Source of the DNA: Opitutales bacterium
Lineage (GTDB): Bacteria; Verrucomicrobiota; Verrucomicrobiia; Opitutales; JABSRG01
Direction of reading: 5' to 3'
NCBI GenBank assembly: GCA_049599475.1
Contig: JBMYOQ010000031.1
Span: forward strand, 1 to 45,298
DNA length: 45,298 bases
In this document: positions 16,010-24,431 of the stretch, piece after piece
Numbering within the stretch: the first letter of the stretch is position 1
How the letters are laid out: the number at the start of each line of letters is the position of its first letter
Position numbers and translations under genes: made by a program
The notes under the pieces: generated by a model
Seen by the model: only the letters and a program-made list of their open reading frames with translations
Databases searched by the model: none
Told to the model about the DNA's origin: nothing

Positions 16010-18469
16010 ATGAAAATTTCCCTGAATTGGATTCGTGATTACATCGAGCTGGATAAGCCGCTCGAGAAGATTGAAGAAGCCCTCACTTTGATTGGTTTTG
16101 AAGTCGAAGGCGTTGAGCATCATGGCCTGCCACAGCTCGATAAATGTGTTATCGGCAAGATTACCTCGCGGGAGCAGCATCCCGATGCAGACCGCCTGGG
16201 CGTTTGTATGGTCGATGTCGGCGGTGAAGAGCTCCAACAGATCGTCTGTGGTGCGACGAATTATGTCGTAGGCGATATGGTTCCTGCGGCGCTGCCGGGC
16301 TGTGTCCTGCCAGGTAATTTTAAGATCAAGAAGTCAAAATTACGCGGTGTTGCCTCCAATGGCATGTTGTGTAGTGCCAAGGAGCTGGGACAGGGTGAAG
16401 ACCATGCTGGATTGATGATCCTGACCGAGCACCCTGAAGCGCAAGTGGGTCGACCGATCAATGAAGTGCTCACCGATTCCGATATCGTGATCGATGTTGA
16501 GGTGACACCGAATCGCCCAGATTGCTTGAGCCACGTAGGGCTCGCTCGTGAGCTGGCCGCTTATTTCGATTTGGAGCTGAAATACCCGTCGGTAATTGCC
16601 GGCGCCGAAGATCCATCGCTGGGAGAGTCTATCTCCTTGCTGGGAGGTGTGGATGTGCAAGCGCCTCAGCGTTGCCCATACTACAGCGCGTATTCGATTC
16701 GCGATGTGAAAATTGGGCCGAGTCCTGATTGGCTCAAGAAGCGTATTGAAGCGATTGGTTTGCGTCCCGTAAACAATGTGGTCGACGTTACCAACTACGT
16801 GCTGATGGAGCTTGGGCAGCCACTGCATGCCTTTGATCGTAAGAAAATTCAGGGTGAGAATTTGATCATTCGTCAGGCAAAGGACGGAGAGGAAATCACT
16901 ACGCTTGATGAGAAAAACCATAAGCTCCCAGGGCACGCCCTCGTGATTGCGGATGCGGATCGTCCATTGGTGATCGCTGGAGTCATGGGAAGTCTCGACG
17001 CGGAGGTGGACGATAGCACCGTGGATATCGTCCTGGAAGCGGCCTATTTTGAGCCAACAGGTATTCGCAAGACGGCTCGCCAGTTGACTATTTCTACCGA
17101 CAGCTCTTATCGCTATGAGCGTGGCGTGGACCCCAATGGCACTCAGTTTGCAGCCCTACGTGCAATCGATTTGATTCTGGAAGTCGCGGGTGGCCAGGTT
17201 TCTGGTTTCCCATTGATCTCTGGGAATATCCCAGAAATCGTCCAAGAAATTCCATTACAGCCCAGCTTCGTTCGCGAGCGTCTGGGCTTCGGGCCGGAAG
17301 ACGGAGTCATTTCTGAGACATTACAGCGCTTGGAGCTGGGTATTGAAGAAGATACACCTGCAGGAGGTGAGCTCACTTGGAACGTGTCGGTGCCTACCTT
17401 CCGTCGCGACCTAGAGCGCCCGATTGATTTGGTCGAAGAGTTCCTGCGAATTTATGGCACCGATAAAATTCCTGAGCAGCCGGTGCGGGCGACTGCGCCG
17501 TTCCAAAAGGATCACCCGATGGCTGTGTTTGTTGGGAAATCTACCGATTTCTTGATCGGGCAGCAATTCTCGGAAGCACTCCATTATTCACTGCGTGGCG
17601 GTGAAGAGGTGAAGACCTGGGTCGGGCATGCCAACGCTGAAGACCTCAGTCTGGCAAACCCGCTGACTACCGATCAGAGCCATCTGCGCCCGACATTACT
17701 CCCGGGTCTGTTGGATGCTTTAAAGCTCAATATCAGCCGCGGCACCGGTGCACGGAAACTCTTCGAGGTCGGACGCGTTTTCCGCGAAGACCAGGGTCGT
17801 ATCTGGGAAGCAATCGCAGTGACCTTCGTCGTTTATAGCGATCCCAAGGATCCTTTCTGGAAGGAGCGCACGCCTTTTGATTTCTATTCTGCTAAGTCCC
17901 TTTTGGATCACTTAGTCCGGCTCTCGGGCATCAACGCGAGCAAGGAAATCTATGAGCCGATCAAGAATAGTGGTTCATGGATGGATGGCCAGGCCGCTGG
18001 AATGGGCAATTTCATCGAAGACGGCTGGCAGGCCAAAGCAGGTCTTGTCGACCTGCGCCGCGCTAAGGAGTGGGATATCGAAGGCTTCGTCTACGCAGGC
18101 TCATTTATCTTGAAACCCGCGCTTCTTGAGGACACCGCAAAGACCCCGCGCTTCAAACAAATGAGCGCATTTCCGGCGGCGACCAAAGACCTCGCACTCG
18201 TGGTAAAGAAGGAGGCTCTAGCAGAGACTGTTCGTAGAGACCTGCTGAAGATCGCCAAAACCACCACCGACGGCTCCTTTGTAATCGAATCGGTAGAGGT
18301 CTTCGACGTCTACGAAGGATCGGGCCTCCCCGAAGATTCCAAAAGCCTCGCTTTCACGATTTCCTTCCGAGCTCCCGACCGCACTCTAAGCGACAAGCAA
18401 CTCGGAACCGCCTTTGATAAGATCCAAAAACTCGTCGCCGACAAAACCGATTATTCCGTCCGAGGCTAA
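16010..18469 (+). CDS. pheT: Phenylalanine-tRNA ligase beta subunit
   Basis: HPDADRL, IVCGATN, GMLCSAKELG, TPNRPDCLS, NNVVDVTNYV, RPIDLVEE, C-terminal FDX-ACB domain. Confidence 0.98.
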   Translation: MKISLNWIRDYIELDKPLEKIEEALTLIGFEVEGVEHHGLPQLDKCVIGKITSREQHPDADRLGVCMVDVGGEELQQIVCGATNYVVGDMVPAALPGCVLPGNFKIKKSKLRGVASNGMLCSAKELGQGEDHAGLMILTEHPEAQVGRPINEVLTDSDIVIDVEVTPNRPDCLSHVGLARELAAYFDLELKYPSVIAGAEDPSLGESISLLGGVDVQAPQRCPYYSAYSIRDVKIGPSPDWLKKRIEAIGLRPVNNVVDVTNYVLMELGQPLHAFDRKKIQGENLIIRQAKDGEEITTLDEKNHKLPGHALVIADADRPLVIAGVMGSLDAEVDDSTVDIVLEAAYFEPTGIRKTARQLTISTDSSYRYERGVDPNGTQFAALRAIDLILEVAGGQVSGFPLISGNIPEIVQEIPLQPSFVRERLGFGPEDGVISETLQRLELGIEEDTPAGGELTWNVSVPTFRRDLERPIDLVEEFLRIYGTDKIPEQPVRATAPFQKDHPMAVFVGKSTDFLIGQQFSEALHYSLRGGEEVKTWVGHANAEDLSLANPLTTDQSHLRPTLLPGLLDALKLNISRGTGARKLFEVGRVFREDQGRIWEAIAVTFVVYSDPKDPFWKERTPFDFYSAKSLLDHLVRLSGINASKEIYEPIKNSGSWMDGQAAGMGNFIEDGWQAKAGLVDLRRAKEWDIEGFVYAGSFILKPALLEDTAKTPRFKQMSAFPAATKDLALVVKKEALAETVRRDLLKIAKTTTDGSFVIESVEVFDVYEGSGLPEDSKSLAFTISFRAPDRTLSDKQLGTAFDKIQKLVADKTDYSVRG

Positions 18470-18481
18470 ATGTATTTAGTC

Positions 18482-18556
18482 ATCCGCAGATTACTCAGAT
18501 TGACGCAGATTTCTCTTGAAGCTAAATAATCTGCGAAATCTGTGTAATCTGCGGAT
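18482..18556. repeat. Long palindrome built from three ~9-nt CAGATT units per arm
   Basis: ATCCGCAGATTACTCAGATTGACGCAGATT (18482-18511) / AATCTGCGAAATCTGTGTAATCTGCGGAT (18528-18556), near-perfect inverted repeat. Confidence 0.85.
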
Positions 18557-18582
18557 AAACACACAATCAACCCTTTCCCATT

Positions 18583-18876
18583 ATGTCTGATCAATCCATG
18601 GATATTGAGTATGTCGCTAAGCTAGCGCGTATCTCCTTGACCGAAGAAGAAAAAGAAAAGTTCGCGGCTCAGCTTGGCGGTGTGTTGGAAAACTTCGAGC
18701 GCCTCAATGCTGTTGATGTCTCAGGTATCGAGCCCACTGCACACGCGTTCCCGCTTTATAACGTGTGGCAGGAGGATGTTCCTGAAGCCGGCTTCACCCC
18801 AGATGAAGCATTGAAGAATGCGCCAGAGAAACGCGCGAACCAAGTCGTCGTCCCTAAGGTCGTTGAAGACGCATAA
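18583..18876 (+). CDS. gatC: Asp-tRNA(Asn)/Glu-tRNA(Gln) amidotransferase subunit C
   Basis: VAKLARISL, VDVSGIEPT, NAPE, VVPKVVE; immediately upstream of gatA. Confidence 0.95.
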   Translation: MSDQSMDIEYVAKLARISLTEEEKEKFAAQLGGVLENFERLNAVDVSGIEPTAHAFPLYNVWQEDVPEAGFTPDEALKNAPEKRANQVVVPKVVEDA

Positions 18877-18893
18877 ACTTTTTAGAGATCGCC

Positions 18894-20357
18894 ATGTCGA
18901 CCCCGATTTATTTCCAAACCGCTACTGAGCTTGCTGATGCGCTTGCCTCAGGATCCGTGACTTCTCGTGAGCTTACGCAGGCTGTGATCGACCGCACTGC
19001 GGCCGTTGATGGCCAGGTCGGTTCCTTTTTGCATACAGACGCAGAGGACGCGCTGAAACAGGCCGATGCCTCGGATGCTCGCCGTGCTGCTGGTAAGCCG
19101 CTGAGCCCCTTGGATGGAATTCCTCTGTCATTGAAGGATGTCATTTGCCGCAAGGACAATCCACTTACCGCGGCCTCCAAAATTTTGGAGAACTATGTCA
19201 GCCCGTATTCGGCGACGGTTACCGAAAAGCTTGAGGCTGCCGGCGTTGTCCTCTGGGGACGCCTAAACATGGATGAGTTCGCAATGGGGTCATCTACGGA
19301 AAATTCGGCGTATAAGCCGACTGCGAACCCGTGGGATCTAGAGTGTATTCCTGGGGGGAGCTCGGGAGGCAGTGCGGCTTCCGTGGCTGCTGGAGAAACT
19401 ATTTTGACGCTCGGGTCTGATACCGGCGGATCGATCCGTCAGCCGGCTGCACTCTGTGGTGTCGTCGGTATGAAGCCTACATACGGGCTCGTATCCCGCT
19501 ATGGATTGGCCGCCTTTGCCTCTTCACTGGATCAGATCGGCCCATTTGCACGCACGGTTGAAGATGCGGCAATGGTCCTTCAGGTGATTGCTGGGCACGA
19601 TCCACACGATTCAACCTCTTTTAAGACAGAGATTCCTGACTACCGCGCAGCCCTGAAGGAAGAAGGGCCGTGGACACTCGGTCTGCCCAAGGAGTATTTC
19701 GGTGAAGGTCTCGATCCCGAAGTCCGCGCTGCGGTTGATGCGGCGGTAAAATTCTACGAAGGCAAGGGATGCACCATTAAAGAAATTACCCTGCCACATA
19801 CGGATCTCGCCGTTCCGGTATATTACATCATTGCAACTGCGGAGTGTTCTTCAAACCTCGCGCGTTATGATGGTATCCGTTACACGCACCGTGCGGAAAA
19901 CCCAAAAGACGGCATCGATCTCTACGCGCAAAGTCGTGGGGAAGGGTTTGGCGAGGAAGTGAAGCGTCGTATCATTCTCGGTACTTACGTGCTGAGTAGT
20001 GGATATTATGATGCATACTACCTGCGCGCTCAGAAGGTAAGAACCTTGATCCGCAACGACTTCATGACTGCCTTTGAGGACGTGGATGCGATCCTCACGC
20101 CGACGAGTCCCACGGTCGCCTTCAAAAAGGGAGAGCGCTCCAATGATCCGCTCGCAATGTATCTGAGCGACATCTACACGATTTCGACCAACCTAGCGGG
20201 ACTCCCCGGCATCTCGATCCCGGGTGGGTTCAACTCCGAAGGCATGCCGATCGGTTTGCAATTGATTGGTAAACCTTTCCAAGAAGCTGAGCTACTCGCT
20301 GTAGCGAATGCCTTCGATTCGGCACACGACTACAACCGCAAAACGCCAACCCTTTAA
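18894..20357 (+). CDS. gatA: Amidotransferase subunit A
   Basis: Amidase signature: NMDEFAMGSSTE, PGGSSGGSAA, GSDTGGSIRQPA, SSNLARYDG, EVKRRIILG. Confidence 0.97.
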   Translation: MSTPIYFQTATELADALASGSVTSRELTQAVIDRTAAVDGQVGSFLHTDAEDALKQADASDARRAAGKPLSPLDGIPLSLKDVICRKDNPLTAASKILENYVSPYSATVTEKLEAAGVVLWGRLNMDEFAMGSSTENSAYKPTANPWDLECIPGGSSGGSAASVAAGETILTLGSDTGGSIRQPAALCGVVGMKPTYGLVSRYGLAAFASSLDQIGPFARTVEDAAMVLQVIAGHDPHDSTSFKTEIPDYRAALKEEGPWTLGLPKEYFGEGLDPEVRAAVDAAVKFYEGKGCTIKEITLPHTDLAVPVYYIIATAECSSNLARYDGIRYTHRAENPKDGIDLYAQSRGEGFGEEVKRRIILGTYVLSSGYYDAYYLRAQKVRTLIRNDFMTAFEDVDAILTPTSPTVAFKKGERSNDPLAMYLSDIYTISTNLAGLPGISIPGGFNSEGMPIGLQLIGKPFQEAELLAVANAFDSAHDYNRKTPTL

Positions 20358-20368
20358 TCTGCGATACC

Positions 20369-21832
20369 ATGACTGAATACGAACCTGTCATCGGTCTTGA
20401 GGTGCATGTCCAGCTCAAGACTCAGTCTAAAATGTTCACCCGTGCTGGATACCAGTACGGTGAGGCGCCCAATGTCTTCACCAATCCAGTGATCATGGGC
20501 TTGCCGGGTGCACTTCCTGTTCTCAACAAGGAAGCCATCGAGCAGACCGTGCGTGTAGGATTGATCTTCAATTCTGAGATCGCCGAGTTCTGTAAATGGG
20601 ACCGCAAAAATTATTTTTACCCGGATAATCCTAAAAATTATCAAATTTCTCAATACGACCAACCGCTCTGTATTGGCGGAGAAGTTGAGATCGAATTGCC
20701 CGGGCCTTCGCGCAATATCATGGGTGAGCACCGAATGGTGAAACTCGAGCGTGCGCACTTGGAGGAAGATGTCGGTAAATTGACCCACACCGAAAACGGT
20801 AGCTTGGTTGATTACAACCGTGCAGGTGTACCTCTGCTGGAAATTGTCTCCAAGCCTGATATTTTCAATACAGACGAAGCCGTGGCGTTCTTGAACGCAA
20901 TTCGCGTGGCCCTCTCCAATGCCGGGGTTTCCGACTGTGATATGGAGAAGGGGCAATTACGTTGTGATGCCAACGTGAGTATTAAGCCCAAGGGTAGCGA
21001 TGTGCTCGGTACGCGGACTGAGATGAAAAACTTGAACTCCGTGTCCAATGTGAAGGCTGCGATCGAATACGAGATCAAGCGCCAGACTGAGGTCTTGGAC
21101 AATGGTGGAACCATCACACAAGAAACGCGCCGCTGGAATGTAGAGAGCGGGATCACCACGCCGCTGCGTGGAAAAGAAGATGCGCACGACTACCGCTATT
21201 TCCCAGATCCTGATTTGATGCCGGTGAAGGTCCCTGCAGAGGTGATTGAGCGCCTGAAGGGTGAGCTGCCGGAGCGTCCATTCGACATGCAGCGCCGCTA
21301 CATGGAAGAGCTTGGGCTTCCCTACACTGTGACGTCTGTCGTGTGTTTGGATGGTGAGCTGAGCCGCTATTTTGAAAAAGCCCTTAAGGCTTACAATAAG
21401 CCGAAGCAGATCGCGAATCTGGTCGTGAATGATCTATTGCGCGAACTCTCTGCAGCCGAAGGAGATGGCTCGATGCCGCTAGACGAATGCAAAATCCAGC
21501 CCGAGGATATCGCAGAGTTGGTCAAGCTACTCGACGAAGGTGTGATCTCGAATCAGATTTCAAAGACGGAAGTATTCCCGGTGATGTTCCAATCAGGAAA
21601 GAAACCGTCTGCAATCGTTGAGGAGAAGGGGCTTAAGCAATCTACAGATACCGGAGAGATCGAAGGCATTTGTGCTGAAGTGATTGAAAAGAATCCAAAG
21701 CCAGTCCAGCAATTCAAGGAAGGTAAGGAACAAGCGATCAACGCGCTCAAGGGACAAGTCATGAAAGCTACCCGAGGTAAGGCCAACCCGAAGCTGGTCG
21801 ACGAGATTCTTCGCAAGCTGCTCACTTCTTAG
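20369..21832 (+). CDS. gatB: Amidotransferase subunit B
   Basis: IGLEVHVQL, DRKNYFYPD, HLEEDVGK, DYNRAGVPLLEIV, LRCDANVS, DYRYFPDPDL. Confidence 0.97.
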   Translation: MTEYEPVIGLEVHVQLKTQSKMFTRAGYQYGEAPNVFTNPVIMGLPGALPVLNKEAIEQTVRVGLIFNSEIAEFCKWDRKNYFYPDNPKNYQISQYDQPLCIGGEVEIELPGPSRNIMGEHRMVKLERAHLEEDVGKLTHTENGSLVDYNRAGVPLLEIVSKPDIFNTDEAVAFLNAIRVALSNAGVSDCDMEKGQLRCDANVSIKPKGSDVLGTRTEMKNLNSVSNVKAAIEYEIKRQTEVLDNGGTITQETRRWNVESGITTPLRGKEDAHDYRYFPDPDLMPVKVPAEVIERLKGELPERPFDMQRRYMEELGLPYTVTSVVCLDGELSRYFEKALKAYNKPKQIANLVVNDLLRELSAAEGDGSMPLDECKIQPEDIAELVKLLDEGVISNQISKTEVFPVMFQSGKKPSAIVEEKGLKQSTDTGEIEGICAEVIEKNPKPVQQFKEGKEQAINALKGQVMKATRGKANPKLVDEILRKLLTS

Positions 21833-21844
21833 CTTTAAAATCGT

Positions 21845-21920
21845 CCACGAAATACACGTAGAGCACGAAATTTAGGATTAAGCCAACTGTCCGATTTCGT
21901 GCTTTTTGTGTATTTGGTGG
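21845..21920. repeat. Long palindrome built from three ~9-nt CACGAAA-like units per arm
   Basis: CCACGAAATACACGTAGAGCACGAAAT (21845-21871) / ATTTCGTGCTTTTTGTGTATTTGGTGG (21894-21920), 23/27 complementary. Confidence 0.82.
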
Positions 21921-21931
21921 GCTTATAAAAA

Positions 21932-22468
21932 ATGACTCAAGCGAAGCGCCCACTCGATACATTTATACACTGTCCAAAGTGTGGCTCTATCGAGTTCCAG
22001 AAATACCATGAGAACGGTCGACGCTGCCGGGCTTGTGGATATACACTGTTTTCAAATCCGGCTTCGGCTGCTGGTGTATTCGTTTTGAATGACAAAAATG
22101 AATTTTTAGGCATCCAGCGGGACCGCGAGCCAAGACGTGGGACTTGGGCGGTTCCTGGAGGATTTGTCGACGTCGGCGAAAGCATGGAAGCAGCGGCTAT
22201 TCGGGAAACCAAGGAAGAGGTCGGGCTCGAAATTTCTGGGATTCAATACCTGACTTCCTTCCCGAATGATTATGTGTATGCGGGCATCAATTACGGAACG
22301 ACCGATTGTTATTTCATCACGCGAGAGTTCTCGGGCAACGTAGAGGGCCAAGCCGGGGAGGTCTCCGGCACCGAATGGCTCAATCCATTCGAGGTCGATC
22401 CTGAAACCCTAGCGTTTCCGTCGACGCAAAAAGCAGTCGAGGCGCTGAAGGGGTATCTGGGTCGGTAG
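21932..22468 (+). CDS. Nudix hydrolase with N-terminal zinc ribbon
   Basis: CPKCG...CRACG; Nudix box GGFVDVGESMEAAAIRETKEEVG. Confidence 0.9.
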   Translation: MTQAKRPLDTFIHCPKCGSIEFQKYHENGRRCRACGYTLFSNPASAAGVFVLNDKNEFLGIQRDREPRRGTWAVPGGFVDVGESMEAAAIRETKEEVGLEISGIQYLTSFPNDYVYAGINYGTTDCYFITREFSGNVEGQAGEVSGTEWLNPFEVDPETLAFPSTQKAVEALKGYLGR

Positions 22469-22577
22469 AACTGTTATTGATGGAATTCTGCGAAGCCTGC
22501 GTGACGCTGTTTTAGTTCGTCTCTTGCTCGGAGTTGTTCCAATGATCTGTATCGAGGAAAAGACTTTTGAGAAAAGC

Positions 22578-23157
22578 TCTATATCTCAACGACCTCGATC
22601 ATCAGGTCAATGGGGATGCTGGCGAGGGCGCACAGATGGTAAGGTATGCGGACGACCTCGTCATCCTCTGCCGACATCAACAAGTATCCAGTCTTCATCG
22701 AAGGCTGGATCGCTATCTGAGAGCCAAGGGCCTAAGCCTCAATGCAACGAAGACCCGCAAGGTTAACTTCACGAAAGAAGGCTTCTGCTTCCTGGGCTTC
22801 CAGTTCTACTGGCGCACGAGTCTGAGACGTCGCAAACGCTACGTCCACCTCGAGCCCTCCCGTGTATCGTGTAAGTCTCTGAGAGACAGCATCCGCGGGG
22901 AGCTCAACCACTGGAACACTTGGCGCAGCAGCACGGTAGCGATAGCGCGAGTCAGCAGCATCGTTCGCGGCTGGGGCAACTACTTCCATTATGGAAACAG
23001 TAGCCGCAGCTTTGGACAGATGAGCGACTGGCTACGCGGACGTTACCGCCGCTGGCTGTGGAAGAAGCACAAGAAAAAGCATAATCGCTTCACTTACTTC
23101 ACCAACGCCAAGCTCCACGAACTCCCGCTCACTTCGAACTATCCTTCCCTATGGTGA
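22578..23157 (+). pseudogene. ltrA: 5'-truncated group II intron reverse transcriptase/maturase (end of RT4, RT5-7, domain X; no endonuclease domain)
   Basis: LYLNDLDH, VRYADDLVI, GLSLNATKTR, FCFLGF, VRGWGNYF. RT0-RT4 including the PQG motif is missing, and the ORF track start is a TTG in unrelated sequence. Left boundary approximate. Confidence 0.9.
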
Positions 23158-23167
23158 CAACCTCGGA

Positions 23168-23263
23168 AAGCCGGATGCGATAAATCCGCACGTCCGGTTT
23201 GATGAGCGGAGAGCTCGGAACCTGACTAATCTCATATCTACGGTTCCAGCTCTTCGACTCTAC
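23168..23263 (+). ncRNA. Group II intron catalytic domain V, domain VI and 3' splice site
   Basis: DV AAGCCGGATGCGATAAATCCGCACGTCCGGTTT with AGC triad (23169-71) and AC bulge (23190-91); DVI stem GAG-CGGA-GAGCT-GGAACC / GGTTCC-AGCTC-TTCG-A-CTC with bulged A 23257; ends ...CTCTAC. Confidence 0.92.
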
Positions 23264-23420
23264 TAAACCTGAGTCTGTCTGCCGCTGCCTGGAACCTCAA
23301 AAAATGGATCAACGAGATCTTTTTTGCCGTATTATGGCACCTGTGCTCAAAACAGTATGCACGCCAGGTTCGTGGAGACTTGTTTAACCGCAACCATAGA
23401 ATGGCTTTTTAAGGAGCGAC
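23264..23420 (+). mobile_element. IS5-family remnant: transposase C-terminus and right terminal inverted repeat
   Basis: Frame from 23266 reads NLSLSAAAWNLKKWINEIFFAVLWHL...MAF* (stop 23410-12), resembling the 'GD.IN..L.AAA.N.KK' tail of IS5-family transposases; followed by TTTTTAAGGAGCGAC-TA, a typical end for this group as I recall it. Confidence 0.7.
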
Positions 23421-23462
23421 TACCTAAAGTGTGGATTTACCTGACTAAACGAAAAGTCATTT

Positions 23463-23675
23463 GTCGGCGTGTGATTAATGACAGCGGGTGTAGGCGTCCC
23501 GGAGAAGGCGAAGCAATGGCGCTACTTTTAGGACGATGTCATCGGTAGCGGCCGATCTCCGAGCGGCCGAATACTGTGTATCAGCTGTGCGAAAATGCTG
23601 CCTTCCACCGCTCGGAGATCGGTTGCTACCTTAATGGGCAGGCATTCTCTGAGGCCCTTTCGTCGGCGTGTGATT
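23463..23675. repeat. 14-bp direct repeat GTCGGCGTGTGATT bracketing about 200 bp
   Basis: Exact copies at 23463-23476 and 23662-23675. Confidence 0.8.
23544..23630. repeat. GTAG-type REP-like inverted doublet
   Basis: GGTAGCGGCCGATCTCCGAGCGG (23544-23566) / CCGCTCGGAGATCGGTTGCTACC (23608-23630), 21/23 complementary with the two mismatches forming G-U pairs. Confidence 0.82.
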
Positions 23676-23678
23676 TGC

Positions 23679-24431
23679 TTAGTGCCAGAGCTTATCGATT
23701 TCTTCTAGGGAGACCCACCCTTTGGACCCGTCTGCGGCTAAAATGTAGGCGTGTTCGCGCTCTGTTTTGAAGATCCGTGCCTTTTCGCCCGGTAGGATGG
23801 CGCGCAGCTCAGGGCTGTGTTTGGTGGGCGCGAGTTTCAAGGTTACCTCGTCAGCTGTAATGATGCCTTCGCTATACCAATTCTTAGTCACCAAAAATCC
23901 AGCAATGCCTACGGCGACGAACAGAATGCTAAAAATGCGCGTAAAATGAAAGGGTGTGCTGTTGAAGGCACTCGAATTGCGAATCTGTGGAAGCAAAATT
24001 GCAATCAATGCGACCCATCCCGAGATACACAGAAAGCCAATCCAAAAATTTGGCGTAAACCACCGAGCCCAGCGTTCCCAGGTACGCAGTGAGTAGTTGG
24101 GGACACTGAATTCTTCACGGACTTTCGCGAGCTGGAGTTTTACCTCTTCATTGCTGGGGGCGAGAATGCGGGCACGTTCGAGATAGAAAATCGCCGGGCC
24201 GGGTTCGTTGTTTTTGAAGTAGCTTGTGCCCAAGTTGAAATTCAAGGACCAGGTATTGATGCCGTCTCCGAGCAGAGTTTTATAGGTCGTGATAGAAGTC
24301 GGCCAATCGCCGTTTTCGAAGGCCAAGCGTGCGCGATCAAATCGCCCTTGGACGGAAGAGGCGCTCGGTGTGTCTGAGCCGTGAACGAAAGTGGCTAAAA
24401 GAAAGATTATTGCTGGAATCAATCGATTCAT
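23679..24431 (-). CDS. batE: BatE-like TPR + SH3 membrane protein
   Basis: Signal peptide, TPR (FNLGTSYFK...AIFYLERARILAPS), two TM helices, C-terminal SH3-like DGSKGWV; ATG 24431 overlaps the batD stop. Confidence 0.8.
   Translation of the reverse strand: MNRLIPAIIFLLATFVHGSDTPSASSVQGRFDRARLAFENGDWPTSITTYKTLLGDGINTWSLNFNLGTSYFKNNEPGPAIFYLERARILAPSNEEVKLQLAKVREEFSVPNYSLRTWERWARWFTPNFWIGFLCISGWVALIAILLPQIRNSSAFNSTPFHFTRIFSILFVAVGIAGFLVTKNWYSEGIITADEVTLKLAPTKHSPELRAILPGEKARIFKTEREHAYILAADGSKGWVSLEEIDKLWH

Noticed and set aside
18482..18556. Short periodic repeats as a mini-CRISPR array or T-box/attenuator
   Set aside because: Units are 9-10 nt with no spacers and are arranged as an inverted pair; no cas genes and no T-box motif seen
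22532..22540. AGTTGTTCC as the left inverted repeat of the IS5 remnant (7/9 match to the right end)
   Set aside because: Match is short and no target-site duplication flanks the two ends; cannot be supported without the intact IS
22567..23157. RT ORF as a retron, DGR, CRISPR-associated or defence RT
   Set aside because: It has domain X (RGWGNYF) and is directly followed by group II intron DV/DVI; the N-terminal RT domains are missing
23324..23548. 74-aa ORF downstream of the intron
   Set aside because: TTG start, crosses the IS end into repeat-containing sequence, no motifs; the meaningful frame is the transposase tail in another frame
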